In this document: one piece after another, positions 58,477 through 64,000 of the stretch
Position numbering within the stretch: the first letter of the stretch is position 1
How the letters are laid out: each line of letters starts with the position of its first letter
Source: an uncultured Gammaproteobacteria bacterium
Lineage (GTDB): Bacteria > Pseudomonadota > Gammaproteobacteria > GCA-001735895
Assembly: GCA_963793595.1 (NCBI GenBank)
Contig: CAWCBX010000101.1
Span: forward strand, 243 to 64,242
Length of the DNA stretch: 64,000 nt
Reading direction: 5' to 3'
Notes under the pieces: model-generated
Database searches by the model: none
Told to the model about the DNA's origin: nothing
What the model saw: only the letters and a program-made list of their open reading frames with translations
Translations under genes and position numbers: made by a program

Positions 58477-59577
58477 ATGAAAACAACTATTAAAAGAGAA
58501 GATCTACTAGCCCCTCTTCAACAAGTTATAGGTGCAGTAGAACGCAGGCAGACATTACCAATATTGGGGAATGTTTTACTTAAGTCTACAGGTGGTGACT
58601 TAACGGTGACTGCGACCGACCTCGAAATTGAAATGGTCGCAAACATCACCGCGAAGGGAAACGATGACTTTCAAACGACTATTCCTGCCAGAAAACTGCT
58701 CGATATATGCAAGGCTCTTCCAGACTCATCCGACATTACGTTTACGGTTGATGAATCCAGGGTCTCACTTACATCAGCGCGGAGCCGTTTTACGCTGGCC
58801 TCATTACCGGCAAAAGATTTTCCCGGTCTCGACGAAATAAGCGCTCTACAGTCTTTCTCGATACCACAAAACCAGCTTAAATCGTTATTCGATAAAACTT
58901 CGTTCGCGATGGCGCAACAGGACGTGCGCTATTATCTCAATGGCATCCTGATGGAATTATCGCCGGGTAAAATTAAACTGGTTGCCACCGATGGGCACAG
59001 GCTCGCATTAAGTGAAACTGCCATGGAAACTGGCGTGGAGGAAGATAAACAAATTATTATACCGCGCAAAGCAGTTCTCGAACTTTCGCGTCTACTCGAG
59101 TCTGGTGATAGTTCGGCCACCTGTATGTTGAGCCAGAATCATTTACGGGTGGAAACCCGTACGCTGGTTTTCACGACTAAATTAATCGACGGTAAATTTC
59201 CTGATTATCAACGAGTGATTCCAGTAGATGGAAACAAGACCATGGAAGTCAATCGAGAGACATTAAAACAATCGATGAGCCGTATCGCGATTTTATCGAA
59301 CGAAAAATATCGAGGTATTCGGTTAACATTGTCTTCAGGTAATTTATCCATACAGGCTAATAATCCTGACCAGGAGGAAGCAGAAGAGGAATTACAGGTC
59401 GATTATGCCGAGTCGGATATGGAAATAGGATTTAATGTCACTTATTTAATCGATGTGTTAAATGTCCTTAATTCCGAAAAAGTACAAATCAAACTCAAGG
59501 ATTCCAACAGCAGCGCTATTATTAGCGATAGCCAGGACGATTCCAGTCTATACGTCGTCATGCCGATGCGTTTGTAG
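58477..59577 (+). CDS. dnaN: DNA polymerase III beta sliding clamp
   Basis: 366 aa. LLAPLQQVIGAVERRQTLPILGNVLL and C-terminal YVVMPMRL. Confidence 0.97.
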   Translation: MKTTIKREDLLAPLQQVIGAVERRQTLPILGNVLLKSTGGDLTVTATDLEIEMVANITAKGNDDFQTTIPARKLLDICKALPDSSDITFTVDESRVSLTSARSRFTLASLPAKDFPGLDEISALQSFSIPQNQLKSLFDKTSFAMAQQDVRYYLNGILMELSPGKIKLVATDGHRLALSETAMETGVEEDKQIIIPRKAVLELSRLLESGDSSATCMLSQNHLRVETRTLVFTTKLIDGKFPDYQRVIPVDGNKTMEVNRETLKQSMSRIAILSNEKYRGIRLTLSSGNLSIQANNPDQEEAEEELQVDYAESDMEIGFNVTYLIDVLNVLNSEKVQIKLKDSNSSAIISDSQDDSSLYVVMPMRL

Positions 59578-59597
59578 AGATAACCAGAGGTTGATAA

Positions 59598-63084
<3,487 letters not shown>

Positions 63085-63453
63085 TAACCCCTTGATTTTA
63101 TTATATTAATTTCTATACAGGGGAATAGTTTAATAATCAGGGAGCTACCGGGTGGATGCTGAATGACATGATACGGTCATGATTCAGCGGTAAATTTTGT
63201 CTCTGGTATTACTGTTCGATCGATAAAAAAAGCGCAGTGCTAAAAACCTGCCAGCCAGACCAGCGCCCTGGAGGAGTACAGTGCCAACTAGTCTGACCAG
63301 GTCGCCGGTAAAATGTTAACCACCTACGCGGCAATTACGGCCTGCTTCCTGTTTTTCAGTAAGCTGGAAACCATCGTTTCAGTTCATGCCTCATTTGACG
63401 TTTAATTGCCCGGCTTAGTTAAGTAGACTAGCGCACTTTATTATGTTGAACCG

Positions 63454-64000
63454 ATGACCATAACCTTGACCAACCCATTACTCGAACCGGGCGCACTGCC
63501 GGCATTTAGTAAAATCAAGCCGCAAATGATCCAACCGGCGATCGAACATTTGATCAGTCAAAATCGTAGCGCAATAGCGAAATTGTCCGCGCAAGAACGA
63601 CCTGATTGGGATAACTTGATAAAACCTTTATCGTTGATGAATGATCGTCTGGAAAAGGCCTGGTCCCCGGTACGGCACCTGAATTCGGTAAAAAGTACGC
63701 CAGAGCTGCGCGATGCGTATAACAGTTGCTTACCCCTGCTCAGCGAGTACTCATCCGAAGTTAGCCAAAATCACGATTTATATCAGGGTTATCGAAGTAT
63801 TGCCGACTCTGAAGCGTTTGCCACATTCTCCCCGGCACAACAAAAAGCTGTCACCGATGCACTTTTGCATTTCCGGCTGGGTGGTGTCGAACTCGATGGC
63901 AAAGATGCCGCGCGTTATCAGCAACTACAAAAAGACCTGTCCGAACTGCAGTCCAAATTCGAAAACAATCTGTTGGACTCCACCCAGGCCTGGCAGTATC
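63454..64000 (+). CDS. prlC: oligopeptidase A (M3 family), N-terminal part only (runs off the right edge)
   Basis: Open frame from the ATG at 63454: MTITLTNPLLEPGALPAFSKIKPQMIQPAIEHLISQNR...WSPVRHLNSVKSTPELRDAY, collinear with the OpdA/PrlC N-terminus. No stop occurs before the window end, so it is absent from the track. Confidence 0.82.
   Translation, partial: MTITLTNPLLEPGALPAFSKIKPQMIQPAIEHLISQNRSAIAKLSAQERPDWDNLIKPLSLMNDRLEKAWSPVRHLNSVKSTPELRDAYNSCLPLLSEYSSEVSQNHDLYQGYRSIADSEAFATFSPAQQKAVTDALLHFRLGGVELDGKDAARYQQLQKDLSELQSKFENNLLDSTQAWQY

Noticed and set aside
58477-59577. Apparent low GC of dnaN (about 38% in its first 100 nt), as a sign of a chimeric contig or horizontal replacement at the dnaA/dnaN junction.
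   Set aside because: Hand counts further into dnaN, recF and gyrB give about 45-50% GC, overlapping other core genes in the window. The dnaA-dnaN-recF-gyrB order is canonical, so the local dip is insufficient evidence. It needs a proper windowed calculation.

Overview
Chromosomal, origin-proximal segment of a gammaproteobacterium. The taxon is inferred from synteny only: rpmH-rnpA-yidD-yidC-mnmE sits divergent from dnaA-dnaN-recF-gyrB, and dsbA-cytochrome c4-engB-polA-thrB follows the Pseudomonas order.

Left third:
- rpoZ (partial), gmk and tcdA.
- A complete five-step histidine utilisation locus, split into two divergent units: hutI-hutC-hutU-hutD and hutF-hutH-hutG. They flank one perfect 20-bp palindromic HutC-type operator.
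- Tightly packed downstream genes: a YrbL-like protein, a small membrane ORF, an FAD oxidoreductase, a TauE exporter and an amidase.

Middle:
- A visibly AT-richer islet at about 15-20.5 kb, holding a CBS protein, an S8 lipoprotein protease with a small lipoprotein, a small beta-barrel OMP, and tandem 30-bp repeats.
- An LTA-synthase-family protein, an RppH-like Nudix hydrolase, ygiQ, and a CHASE2 Ser/Thr kinase.
- An LplT-PlsC fusion and LysR/mmsA.
- A two-gene module of unknown function divergent from a translationally coupled recC-recB-recD operon.
- A REC-PP2C-RsbW-like fusion protein.

Right third: polA, thrB, a degenerate HD-GYP-like protein, the rpmH/dnaA cluster, and the start of prlC.

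Most interesting non-coding signal: a well-formed four-hairpin sRNA candidate on the minus strand between engB and polA. It has a sigma-E/AlgU-type promoter, a loop-exposed anti-Shine-Dalgarno sequence and a strong intrinsic terminator. This is the genomic position of Spot 42 and ErsA in other gammaproteobacteria.

Other signals:
- A 206-bp dnaA-dnaN spacer with DnaA boxes followed by an AT-rich tract.
- A compound inverted-repeat element after tcdA.
- Four genes interrupted by single frameshifts (amidase, S8 protease, recF, and the essential gyrB). Because gyrB is essential, this points to indel errors in the assembly rather than real decay.

I recognised no rRNA, tRNA, CRISPR array, transposase or integrase. 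I see no clear-cut novel multi-gene system. The candidates are listed with modest scores.
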